Below are positions 49,525 to 57,253 of a DNA stretch of 57,253 bases, piece after piece. Both the position numbers and the translations under genes were made by a program. Each line of letters opens with the position of its first letter. The stretch's first letter is position 1. The DNA comes from a bacterium. GTDB taxonomy: Bacteria > Planctomycetota > UBA11346. The DNA is taken from positions 1-57,253 of the forward strand of contig JAIFND010000079.1 of the NCBI GenBank assembly GCA_020047915.1, in the 5' to 3' direction. The notes below the pieces were generated by a model. The model was given only the letters and a program-made list of their open reading frames with translations, searched no databases and was not told the DNA's origin.

Positions 49525-50616
49525 ATGAACATCAAGCCCCGCCAGTCCGTCACCTGGGATGCCCTTTCGCTCGGCGAGATCATGCTGCGCCTCGATCCCG
49601 GCGAGGGCCGCATCCACACCACGCGCCAGTTCGCGGCCTGGGAGGGGGGCGGCGAGTACAACGTGGCGCGCGGCCTGCGGCGCTGCTTCGGCCTGAAGAG
49701 TGCCGTCGCCACCGCCTTTCCCGACAATCCGGTCGGGCGCTTGGTTGAGGACCTGATCCTGCAGGGCGGGGTGGACACCTCGCTGATCAAGTGGGTGCCC
49801 TACGACGGCCTCGGGCGCAGCGTGCGCGTCGGGCTCAACTTCACCGAACGCGGCTTCGGCGCACGCGGCGCGGTGGGCTGCTCTGATCGCGGCCACACCG
49901 CCGCCAGCCAGCTGAAGCCGGGCGACTTCGACTGGGAGGACATCTTCGGCCGCCAGGGCGTGCGCTGGTTCCACACCGGCGGCATCTTCGCGGCGTTGGG
50001 CGAGAAGACCCCCGAGGTGGTGATCGAGGCGGCCAAGGCGGCGCGCAAGCACGGCACCATCGTCAGCTACGACCTCAACTTCCGCCCCAGCCTGTGGAAG
50101 GCCTACGGCGGCACCAAGCGTGCCCAGGAGGTCAACCGCGAGATCGCCCGCCACGTCGATGTGATGATCGGCAACGAAGAGGACTTCACCATGGCGCTGG
50201 GCTTCGCCGTGCCTGGCCTCAACGAGAACCGCAGCGCCCTCGATCCGGCCAACTTCCAGGCGATGATCGGCGAGGTGACCAAGGCCTATCCCAATTTCCA
50301 GGCCGTCGCGACGACGCTGCGCGAGGTGCATTCAGCCAGCGATAACGACTGGGGCGCGGTGCTGTGGGCCGAGGGGAAGTTTCATCAGGCGGCGCAGCGC
50401 GACCACCTCGCCATCCTCGACCGCGTCGGCGGCGGCGACAGCTTCGCCTCGGGTCTGGCCTACGGCTTCCTCGCCGGTCTCGGTGCGCAGGCGGCGGTCG
50501 ATTACGGCGCCGCGCACGGCGCCCTGGCCATGACCACGCCGGGCGACACCTCGATGGCGACGAAGGCCGAGGTCGAAGCGCTGGTCAAGGGCGCCAGCGC
50601 GCGCGTGGTGAGATAA
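49525..50616 (+). CDS. kdgK: PfkB-family sugar kinase, 2-dehydro-3-deoxygluconokinase-like
   Basis: LGEIMLRL, GGGEYNVA, SYDLNFRPSLW, GNEEDF, DRVGGGDSFASG, TTPGD. Confidence 0.85.
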   Translation: MNIKPRQSVTWDALSLGEIMLRLDPGEGRIHTTRQFAAWEGGGEYNVARGLRRCFGLKSAVATAFPDNPVGRLVEDLILQGGVDTSLIKWVPYDGLGRSVRVGLNFTERGFGARGAVGCSDRGHTAASQLKPGDFDWEDIFGRQGVRWFHTGGIFAALGEKTPEVVIEAAKAARKHGTIVSYDLNFRPSLWKAYGGTKRAQEVNREIARHVDVMIGNEEDFTMALGFAVPGLNENRSALDPANFQAMIGEVTKAYPNFQAVATTLREVHSASDNDWGAVLWAEGKFHQAAQRDHLAILDRVGGGDSFASGLAYGFLAGLGAQAAVDYGAAHGALAMTTPGDTSMATKAEVEALVKGASARVVR

Positions 50617-50742
50617 CCTGCGCTTCACGGGGCCGCCCCGCCCTCTCGGTCTGACTAAGGTCGTGCTGTTCGCCAGACAGCCTCTGGCCTTGCATCATGG
50701 GGGGGGATGTGTTTAGAGTGACGCCCCCGGAGGAGCTCTCAC

Positions 50743-51873
50743 ATGCTGTCCATCTGCCCTAAGTTGCGTCCCTTGGCTGCACTGGTCGCCTGTGCCGCCA
50801 TCCTGGCTGCCGCCGACCCGATCCTGGTCGGGCAGCCCTGCCCCCTTGACGGTCCCGCCAAGGGTCTTGGTACGGGCATGAATCTCGGGCTGCGCGCCGC
50901 TTTCGCCGAGACTCCGCAGGTGCACGGGCGTACGGTCGAACTGGTCGCCGTCGATGACGGCTACGACCCCGACAAGTGCGTCGATGCCACCGCGGGTCTG
51001 ATCGAGCAGCGCAAGGTGTTCTGTCTCGCCGGCCTGGTCGGCACGCCGACCGCCAAGGCTGCCTTGCCGGTGGCGATCGAAGCCCAGGTGCCGGTGGTGG
51101 GACTGTTCACCGGGGCCATGGCCCTGCGCCAGCCGCCCAGCCCGCTGGTCTTCCATGTCCGTGCCAGCTATGACGACGAAACCGAACTGCTGGTCGAACG
51201 TCTGACTGCCGACCTTGGCGCCAAGCGCATTGCCGTGTTCTACCAGAATGACGCCTTCGGCCAGGCTGGGCTGTCGGGCACCAAGAAGGCGCTCGAGAAG
51301 CGCGGTATGGCGGTAGCCGGCATCGGCGCCTTCGAGCGCAACACCGTCGCGGTGCAGACCGGTCTCGCCGCGGTGCAGGCGGCGACGCCGGATGCGGTGG
51401 TGATGGTCGGGCCGTACAAGCCGGTCGCGACCTTCGTCAAGGAGGCGCGCGCCAAGGGCCTGACCTGTCCGCTCGCGACGATCAGTTTCGTCGGAACCGA
51501 GAACCTCATCGTCGAGGCCGGGGCGAATAGCGACGGTCTGATCATCAGCCAGGTGGTGCCTTCGCCCGCTGATCCGGCCCTGCCGGTGGCGCTGGCCTAC
51601 CGGGCCGCGCTGGCCAAGGTCGATGCCGCAGCCAAGCCCAGCTACGTCTCCTTCGAGGGCTATATCACCGGGCGGGTGCTGTTGGCCGGTCTCGACAAGG
51701 CTGGGGCCGAGCCCACCCGCCAGGGCCTGGTCGCCGGCCTCGCCGGCCTGCAGGGCCACGACCTGGGTGGTCTGGCGATCAGCTACGGGGCAGAACGCCG
51801 CGTCGCCCTCGACCGCGTCTGGCTGACCCGCGTGACCGGCGGGACGGCGGCCGGCATCACCTCGCTCAAGTAG
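50743..51873 (+). CDS. Periplasmic ligand-binding protein (Peripla_BP_6/LivJ-like)
   Basis: Signal peptide, DDGYDP, VGTPT, VRASYDDE, FYQNDAFG, SFEGY. Confidence 0.88.
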   Translation: MLSICPKLRPLAALVACAAILAAADPILVGQPCPLDGPAKGLGTGMNLGLRAAFAETPQVHGRTVELVAVDDGYDPDKCVDATAGLIEQRKVFCLAGLVGTPTAKAALPVAIEAQVPVVGLFTGAMALRQPPSPLVFHVRASYDDETELLVERLTADLGAKRIAVFYQNDAFGQAGLSGTKKALEKRGMAVAGIGAFERNTVAVQTGLAAVQAATPDAVVMVGPYKPVATFVKEARAKGLTCPLATISFVGTENLIVEAGANSDGLIISQVVPSPADPALPVALAYRAALAKVDAAAKPSYVSFEGYITGRVLLAGLDKAGAEPTRQGLVAGLAGLQGHDLGGLAISYGAERRVALDRVWLTRVTGGTAAGITSLK

Positions 51874-51879
51874 GTTTCC

Positions 51880-54219
51880 GTGTCTCTTGAACCACAGCTG
51901 CGCACCCTGACCCGCGGCCAGACCCTGGCCCTGGTCTCCGTCATCGTCGTCTCGGTGGGCGTCAGCGGCGTCATCGTGTGGCAGAGCCATCAGGTCTCGG
52001 AAATCGCCACGCCGCAACGCGAGGCGGCGGCGCAGATGGAGGCGGCCTTGGCCGCTGCGGCTGGCCGGATCGAACTGCTGGGTGCGGCTGACGGCCGCGC
52101 ATCGGTGATGGCGGCCGGACGCGCCGCCGAGCAGGCGATGACGGCCTGTCGGACGGCGGCCCAGAACCTGGACCAGCGCATGGGTGGAGTGCGCACGGGG
52201 CAGGCCCTGGTCGAACTCGAGGCGCTGTGCAAGCGCCTGGGCGAGGTGCGGCTCGAGCGCGCGAGCGCGATCGAGACCGGTGCGGAAGCGGTGCGCCAAG
52301 TGGATGCTGGCGTGGCGCAGATGACGGTCAGCCTCAACCGCTTGGTCGAGGTCGCCGCGCGGCGGCGCAGTGAGGCTCAGGAACAGCTCAATCAGGCTCA
52401 GGCGGCGAGTAGCCGCAACAACCAGGATCTGCACCGCCTGTCCAGGTTGCGCGAACTGGTCGCCCAGTTGCGCAGCATGGTTGATCGCCCGCTGGCCATC
52501 GACAGTCGGCATCGGTTGAATCCCCTCCTCGACCGCGTCCAGGCCCAGGTCGAGGGCATGCGCAGCGAACTGAGTGGAGCCGTCCCGGCCGAGGCGGCGA
52601 TCCTCAGTGCGCTTGATGTGTTCCTCACAGGCTACGCCGATCCGGCGGATGGGCTGCTTGCTCGGCGGCGGGCGCAACTGGTCGACCTGGCCGCCGAAGC
52701 GCCCCGCGCGGCCTACTTTGAACGCGCCCGCGTCCTGGCCAGCAGCGTCGAGACCTGGCTCTCGTCCCTGGCGGAATTGGCCGACCCGCTGCATGTCGCG
52801 GTGATCGAAGCCGAGCGTACCACGGCCGCCTCGATCGCGACGATGGTCGATTGCGTAACCCTGGAAATGGTCGCGCGCGACGCCCTGCTGTCGGCCCGCA
52901 TCCTCGCAGACGACGTCAGTGGATTCGCTGCGCGGGCGGCGGACAACACCACAATCCGCGCTTTCCGCCAGGGAGCCGTGTCGCGCTTGCGCGACCTGCG
53001 CGTCAAGCTGGGAATCGTGCATGGACTGTGCGAAAAGGCCGGCGCGGTCGAGGACGCGCGGCAGGTGGACGAGATCCGCATCCTGGTGTCCAAGGTCGAG
53101 CCGCTGCTTTCGGGCCAGGACGGCCTGTCGGTAGCGGTGGAGAAACGCGTCGCAGCCGAGGCGGCGGCCAATCAGTCGTCCGCGCAGGTGCCCGAGTCGC
53201 TGCGCTTGGCGCACACCCAGGTCGAGGACCTCTCTGGGCAGGCGCGCACCGCTCAGGAGGGGGCACTCGGGCGCATGCAGCTGGTCGCCAAGCTGGCGAT
53301 CGCGGTCCTCGCCGGCATCGGCGCCCTGGCCCTGCTGTTCGGTCGGCGCGTTGCTCGCCGGGTGTCTGGCGGCATCCTGGAATCCGAGGCGCGCGATCAC
53401 GCCCAGGCCCAGCGCATGCGGACGATGATCGAAGAGGTGGCCGGCTCGGCCAAGACCGTGTCCGGAGCCTCCGGAGGCCTGGTTGCCGCGAGTTCCACCC
53501 TGGCCCAGGCGGCGGACGCCAGCCGCGCGCAGTCCGATGCGGTCGCGCACGGTGTGCAGCAGGTCAACGCCGCGGTCGGCTCGGTGGCGACCGCTTCCGA
53601 GCAGATGCAGGCGACCATGAGCGAGATCGCACGGCAGACCAGCCGCGCGGCCGAGGTCGCGCGCGCAGCCGTCAACCACGCCGGCAGCAGCGCCGCGGCG
53701 GTGGACAATCTTGGCGTATCGAGCCGCGAGATCGGCAAGATCGTCGAGCTGATCGCCGGCATCGCCGAGCAGACCAACCTGCTGGCGCTGAACGCGACCA
53801 TCGAAGCGGCGCGGGCCGGTGATGCCGGTCGTGGCTTCGCCGTGGTGGCCGGCGAGGTGAAGTCGCTGGCCAAGCAGTCCGGGAACGCCAGCCAGGACAT
53901 CGCCCGGCGCATCAGCGCGATCCAGGCCGACGTCGCTGCAGCCACCGCTGCGATCGGTTCGATCCGCACCGTGGTCGGCGAGATCGACGGCATCCAGGGC
54001 ACGATCGCCAGCGCGGTCGAGGAGCAGACCGCGACCAGCCGCGAGATCACTGGCTCGCTGACCACCGCTGCCGCCACATGCCGGTCGATCGCCGAGCAGA
54101 TCCAGGCCGTGGTCGGGGCGGTGGTCCAGACCGCAGAGCAGGCCGGGGCGGTACAGCGCCTCGCCGACGAGCTGTCGGCGACCGCGCGCCAACTCGACGA
54201 GCAGGTGGCGAAGGGCTGA
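51880..54219 (+). CDS. Methyl-accepting chemotaxis protein with large periplasmic domain
   Basis: Two TM segments; [34 protein letters not shown]. Confidence 0.92.
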   Translation: MSLEPQLRTLTRGQTLALVSVIVVSVGVSGVIVWQSHQVSEIATPQREAAAQMEAALAAAAGRIELLGAADGRASVMAAGRAAEQAMTACRTAAQNLDQRMGGVRTGQALVELEALCKRLGEVRLERASAIETGAEAVRQVDAGVAQMTVSLNRLVEVAARRRSEAQEQLNQAQAASSRNNQDLHRLSRLRELVAQLRSMVDRPLAIDSRHRLNPLLDRVQAQVEGMRSELSGAVPAEAAILSALDVFLTGYADPADGLLARRRAQLVDLAAEAPRAAYFERARVLASSVETWLSSLAELADPLHVAVIEAERTTAASIATMVDCVTLEMVARDALLSARILADDVSGFAARAADNTTIRAFRQGAVSRLRDLRVKLGIVHGLCEKAGAVEDARQVDEIRILVSKVEPLLSGQDGLSVAVEKRVAAEAAANQSSAQVPESLRLAHTQVEDLSGQARTAQEGALGRMQLVAKLAIAVLAGIGALALLFGRRVARRVSGGILESEARDHAQAQRMRTMIEEVAGSAKTVSGASGGLVAASSTLAQAADASRAQSDAVAHGVQQVNAAVGSVATASEQMQATMSEIARQTSRAAEVARAAVNHAGSSAAAVDNLGVSSREIGKIVELIAGIAEQTNLLALNATIEAARAGDAGRGFAVVAGEVKSLAKQSGNASQDIARRISAIQADVAAATAAIGSIRTVVGEIDGIQGTIASAVEEQTATSREITGSLTTAAATCRSIAEQIQAVVGAVVQTAEQAGAVQRLADELSATARQLDEQVAKG

Positions 54220-54244
54220 TCAGCCCAGGTTGACCCCTTGCAGG

Positions 54245-54481
54245 CTCACGCGGAGGAATCTGTCGCGATCCCTTGGGAATTGATCCTTAACGCAGCATTT
54301 CACACGGAGAACCAGAGCCACCAGAGGTCAAGACAAGGATTTGCGCGATTTCTCCGGTTCACCCGGACGGTGCATGTCGATGTACCATGCAAAGCATTTC
54401 CCCTCTGGTCACTCAGATGCTCAGTGTGACCCCTATCGCCGAGTTGAGGTTTTCTCCGCGGCTCACGCGCCTTCGCGTGAG
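54245..54481. repeat. CTCACGCG/CGCGTGAG inverted-repeat element hosting MITE copy 3
   Basis: CTCACGCGGAGGA (54245-54257) and TCTCCGCGGCTCACGCGCCTTCGCGTGAG (54453-54481). Confidence 0.6.
54285..54449. mobile_element. MITE copy 3 (165 bp, diverged)
   Basis: CCTTAAC...GTTGAGG, same interior with a ~16-bp extra segment. Left flank TTGAT; no clean duplication on the right. Confidence 0.8.
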
Positions 54482-54502
54482 ATCCAATCGAGCAATCGCG
54501 GA

Positions 54503-55264
54503 TCAGGCCAGGTCGATCGACACCGGGCAGTGGTCGCTGCCCTGGATCGCCGGATGGATCTGCGCGTCGGTCACGCGCGCCACCAGATCCGGGCTGACCG
54601 TGGCGTAGTCGATGCGCCAGCCGACGTTGCGTGCGCGCGCCCCGCCGCGCATCGTCCACCAGCTGTAGGCGCCAGCCAGGGTCGGATTGCGCTCGCGGAA
54701 CACGTCGCGGTAGCCGAGCGCGAGGTAGCGCGAGAACCAGGCGCGCTCTTGCGGCAGGTAACCGGGGTTCTGCTCGTTGTCGGCCGGACGGGCCAGGTCG
54801 ATCGGCTGGTGCGCGATGTTGTAGTCACCGAGCAGCACGGTGGCGCAGCCGCGCGCCCGCCACGCCGCCAGGTGACGTTCCAGCGCGGCGCAGAAGCCCA
54901 GCTTGTAGGCGATGCGCGCGCCCAACTCCTGGCTGTTGGGGAAGTAGGCGCTGACCACCAGCAGGTCGCCGAAACGCGCACTCAGGACGCGGCCCTCGCG
55001 GTCGAAGTCGGGCTCGTCCAGGCCCTCGACCACCTCGTCGGGCTTGGTCCGGCTGACGATGGCGACCCCGCTGTAGCCCGGCTTCTCGGCGGCGAACCAG
55101 CTGGCGTGCCAGCCTTCGGGTTCGGCGAGGTGGCCGATCTGGTCGAGGTTGGCGCGCACCTCCTGCAGGCCAACGATGTCCGAGCCGGGCACCGCCTCCC
55201 ACGGGATCATGCCCTTCTTGGTGCAGGCGCGGATGCCGTTGACGTTCCAGGTGACGAGGCGCAT
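54503..55264 (-). CDS. xth: Exodeoxyribonuclease III / AP endonuclease
   Basis: VTWNVNGIRA, GLQEV, GYSGVA, DREGR, AYFPN, GDYNIAH, GWRIDY, GSDHCPV. Confidence 0.95.
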   Translation of the reverse strand: MRLVTWNVNGIRACTKKGMIPWEAVPGSDIVGLQEVRANLDQIGHLAEPEGWHASWFAAEKPGYSGVAIVSRTKPDEVVEGLDEPDFDREGRVLSARFGDLLVVSAYFPNSQELGARIAYKLGFCAALERHLAAWRARGCATVLLGDYNIAHQPIDLARPADNEQNPGYLPQERAWFSRYLALGYRDVFRERNPTLAGAYSWWTMRGGARARNVGWRIDYATVSPDLVARVTDAQIHPAIQGSDHCPVSIDLA

Positions 55265-55269
55265 GCGCG

Positions 55270-55304
55270 GGATCCTGGACCGCCGTTTCCGGCGTCCAGG
55301 ATCC
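55270..55304. other. 15-bp stem hairpin filling the divergent intergenic gap
   Basis: GGATCCTGGAC(C)GCCG-TTTC-CGGCGTCCAGGATCC. Confidence 0.7.
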
Positions 55305-55310
55305 ATCGCC

Positions 55311-56165
55311 ATGCGCTTCGTCATCCTGTGCTGCCTGGCCTGCCTGTGGGCGGCCGAGCCGCCTGCCGACCTCGGTGGAGCGGCCCCGGCGCTGCCAGCC
55401 GGCTCGCCAGCGCCGCCCCTGGTCGTGCTGTGCGTCGAACCAGAGGACGACGCGACCCCGGCGCTGCCGGCCGGACTCGCCGTGGTGCGCCTCGCTGAGG
55501 CAGCCCAGGTCGAGCGCTGGCTGGGACCGGACCCGGCGCTGCCGGCGGCGGCCCTGGTCGGCGGCGACGGGCTGCTGCTGTGGCGTGGCAACCTGCGCGG
55601 CCTGCCCGCGGCGTGGGAGCGTGAACGCGCGGGCGGCTTCGACCGCACCCGGCTGGCCGAGGTCGCGGCCCTGCGCCTGCGCCTGCGCGCGGCGCTGCAG
55701 GCCGAGGCCGACCAGACCTCGCTGCCGCGCGCCCTCGATCTGACCGGCGAGATCCTGACCCGCGAGCCGCTCGATGACGAGGCCCTGCGCCTGCGCCTCG
55801 ACCTGGCGCGCCATCTCGACCGGCGCGAGGTGTTCCGCGACACGCTGCAGCGCCTGCCGCTGGCTGGGCTGTCGGCCGAACTGGCCAACGAACTGGCCTG
55901 GGCGCGGGTCACCGACGAGGATCTGGCCTGGCGCCAGCCGGATCTGGCCCTGCGCCTGTCCGAGCATGCCCGCGAATTGACGCCCGAGGATCCCGCCGTG
56001 CAGGACACCTACGCGCGGGTGCGCTATGCGCTCGGCGATCTGGATGGTGCGATGGCGGCGCAGATCAAGGCGGTGTCCCTGGACCCCGACGACCCCGCCC
56101 TGGCTGGCGCCCTGGACTACTACCGCGAGGTGCTGGCGTTGCGCGAAGCAGCGCTCAAACGCTAA
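55311..56165 (+). CDS. Secreted TPR protein with degenerate thioredoxin-like N-domain
   Basis: Signal peptide; LPAAALVGGDGLLLWRG (TlpA-like strand, no CxxC); NELAW, DTYARVRYALGD..AMAAQIKAVSLDP. Confidence 0.7.
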   Translation: MRFVILCCLACLWAAEPPADLGGAAPALPAGSPAPPLVVLCVEPEDDATPALPAGLAVVRLAEAAQVERWLGPDPALPAAALVGGDGLLLWRGNLRGLPAAWERERAGGFDRTRLAEVAALRLRLRAALQAEADQTSLPRALDLTGEILTREPLDDEALRLRLDLARHLDRREVFRDTLQRLPLAGLSAELANELAWARVTDEDLAWRQPDLALRLSEHARELTPEDPAVQDTYARVRYALGDLDGAMAAQIKAVSLDPDDPALAGALDYYREVLALREAALKR

Positions 56166-56223
56166 GGGAATGCGAGCCAATTGTCATTGCAGCGCGAACG
56201 GTGCTTCGTCATGATGCAGTGAC

Positions 56224-56968
56224 ATGCGGCCGGCTGGCATCTTGCGCTTCCTCACCTCGAACCGGGCCGTCGTGCCTGATGCCGCTGCGTTGCCGACCGT
56301 AGCCATCGCTACCCCGGCTCATCCATCAGCCCCGGACCTTGCCCCAGTGGTGCAGGCGATGGCGGTGGCCCACGGCGAACTGGCGACCCTGTCCCAGCAG
56401 ATCAGCGTCACCGCCATGGGCGCCCAGGCGGCGGCCGGAATGGCCGCCTTCGGCGCCGCGCAGGGGGTCGGGCAGGTGCAGTCCCTCGCCACCTTCGCCG
56501 AAGAGATGAGCGCCAGCGTGCAGGAGGTCGCCACCCGCAGCACCGCCATGGCGGCGCAGGTGGCGAGCGCCGCCGAGACCGCCCACGCCGTGGGCCGGGC
56601 CTCGGCGGCGGTGGCCGAACTGGCCGACAGCATCACGCGGATCGCCAGCAAGACCCGTCTGCTGGCGCTGAACGCGACCATCGAGGCGGCGCGCGCCGGC
56701 GAGGCCGGGCGCGGCTTCGCCGTGGTCGCCGACGAGGTGAAGCAGCTCGCCGTCGCGGTATCGGTGGCGGCCACCGACATCCGGCGCACGGTCGATGACC
56801 TGCGCCCGCATGTACAGCGCCTCGACGCCGGCAGCCAGACGGCGCAGGACGCGGCGCGCAGCATCGCCGAGGCGACGGGTCAGCAGGCGACCACCGCGGC
56901 AGAGATGGCGCGCATCATCCACGAGACCAGCGATGCCCTGGGAGGCATCGGCCAGGGCATCCAGCAGC
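56224..56968 (+). pseudogene. Soluble chemoreceptor (MCP signalling domain) interrupted by an IS
   Basis: [34 protein letters not shown]. The heptad pattern stops at ..GIQQ and the ORF reads through IS-derived sequence to a stop at 57039. Confidence 0.75.
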
Positions 56969-57253
56969 CAATGCCGTTGACTTTGCGTGGTGTGACACGG
57001 GCCTGGTGTCGCATAAGCCGTTGTTATAAAAAGACTTGACAAAGCTCGGGAGGTCGGCGGTCGGACCTCATGAGCACCTCTCATGAGCGCGCGATCCACA
57101 ATGACGCGCGGAACTTCATCGACTTCCTCGCGACCGGCTTCGACCGCGAACGATTGTTGGGTCCCCGCCAGGTCGTCGCAGTGCTGATGACCATGATCCG
57201 CGAGCAGTGTGGCTACCAGCGCGGCATCGACTTGGTCCATGAACATCATGGCG
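56969..57253 (+). mobile_element. IS4-family insertion sequence, left end (runs off the window)
   Basis: Terminus CAATGCCGTTGACTT resembles the IS4-group end (TAATGCCGATCAGTT). GC drop; IHF-like site at 57014-57026; downstream transposase-like ORF. Confidence 0.7.
57070..57253 (+). CDS. IS4-family transposase, N-terminal fragment (partial)
   Basis: MSTSHERAIHNDARNFIDFLATGFDRERLLGPRQVVAVLMTMIREQCGYQRGIDLVHEHHG. RxRxLxPxxVV..L..M resembles the IS4 N-terminal motif. Confidence 0.6.
   Translation, partial: MSTSHERAIHNDARNFIDFLATGFDRERLLGPRQVVAVLMTMIREQCGYQRGIDLVHEHHG

Noticed and set aside
56326-57249. 307-aa minus-strand ORF as the IS transposase
   Set aside because: It is antisense to both the MCP and the plus-strand IS4-like ORF, and has no DDE features.

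Overview
High-GC bacterial chromosomal window. The gene content (FGE-domain Ser/Thr kinase, ECF/zf-HC2 pair, sulfatase, HTH-acidic-TM protein, lipid A acyltransferase) suggests a diderm PVC/Planctomycetota-like organism; this is inference. It holds about 44 CDS. Most are housekeeping (ppc, rodA, purB, purN, cysH, slyD, xth, PhoH2, RlmI/RluA-type enzymes, ComEC), alongside a small carbohydrate/sulfatase cluster and chemoreceptors. The most notable signals are: (1) a tightly coupled four-gene trans-envelope locus (giant Ig/cadherin-like surface protein with a Cys-Gly-Gly C-terminal anchor, kinase-TM-FGE receptor, outer-membrane beta-barrel, secreted FecR-domain protein); (2) a three-copy MITE, two copies with 5-bp target duplications; (3) a pervasive family of intergenic elements built as (7-9-mer)n-spacer-(reverse complement)n, with different repeat units at different loci, including a telomere-like TTAGGGG one; (4) a non-RD kinase-TM-LRR-C-type-lectin receptor; (5) a fused double FabZ with apparently split catalytic residues; (6) a GPH-family MFS transporter with a ~300-aa helical insertion; and (7) an IS4-family element truncating a chemoreceptor at the right edge. 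No rRNA, tRNA or CRISPR array was recognised. All family calls come from motif recognition by eye, not from database searches.
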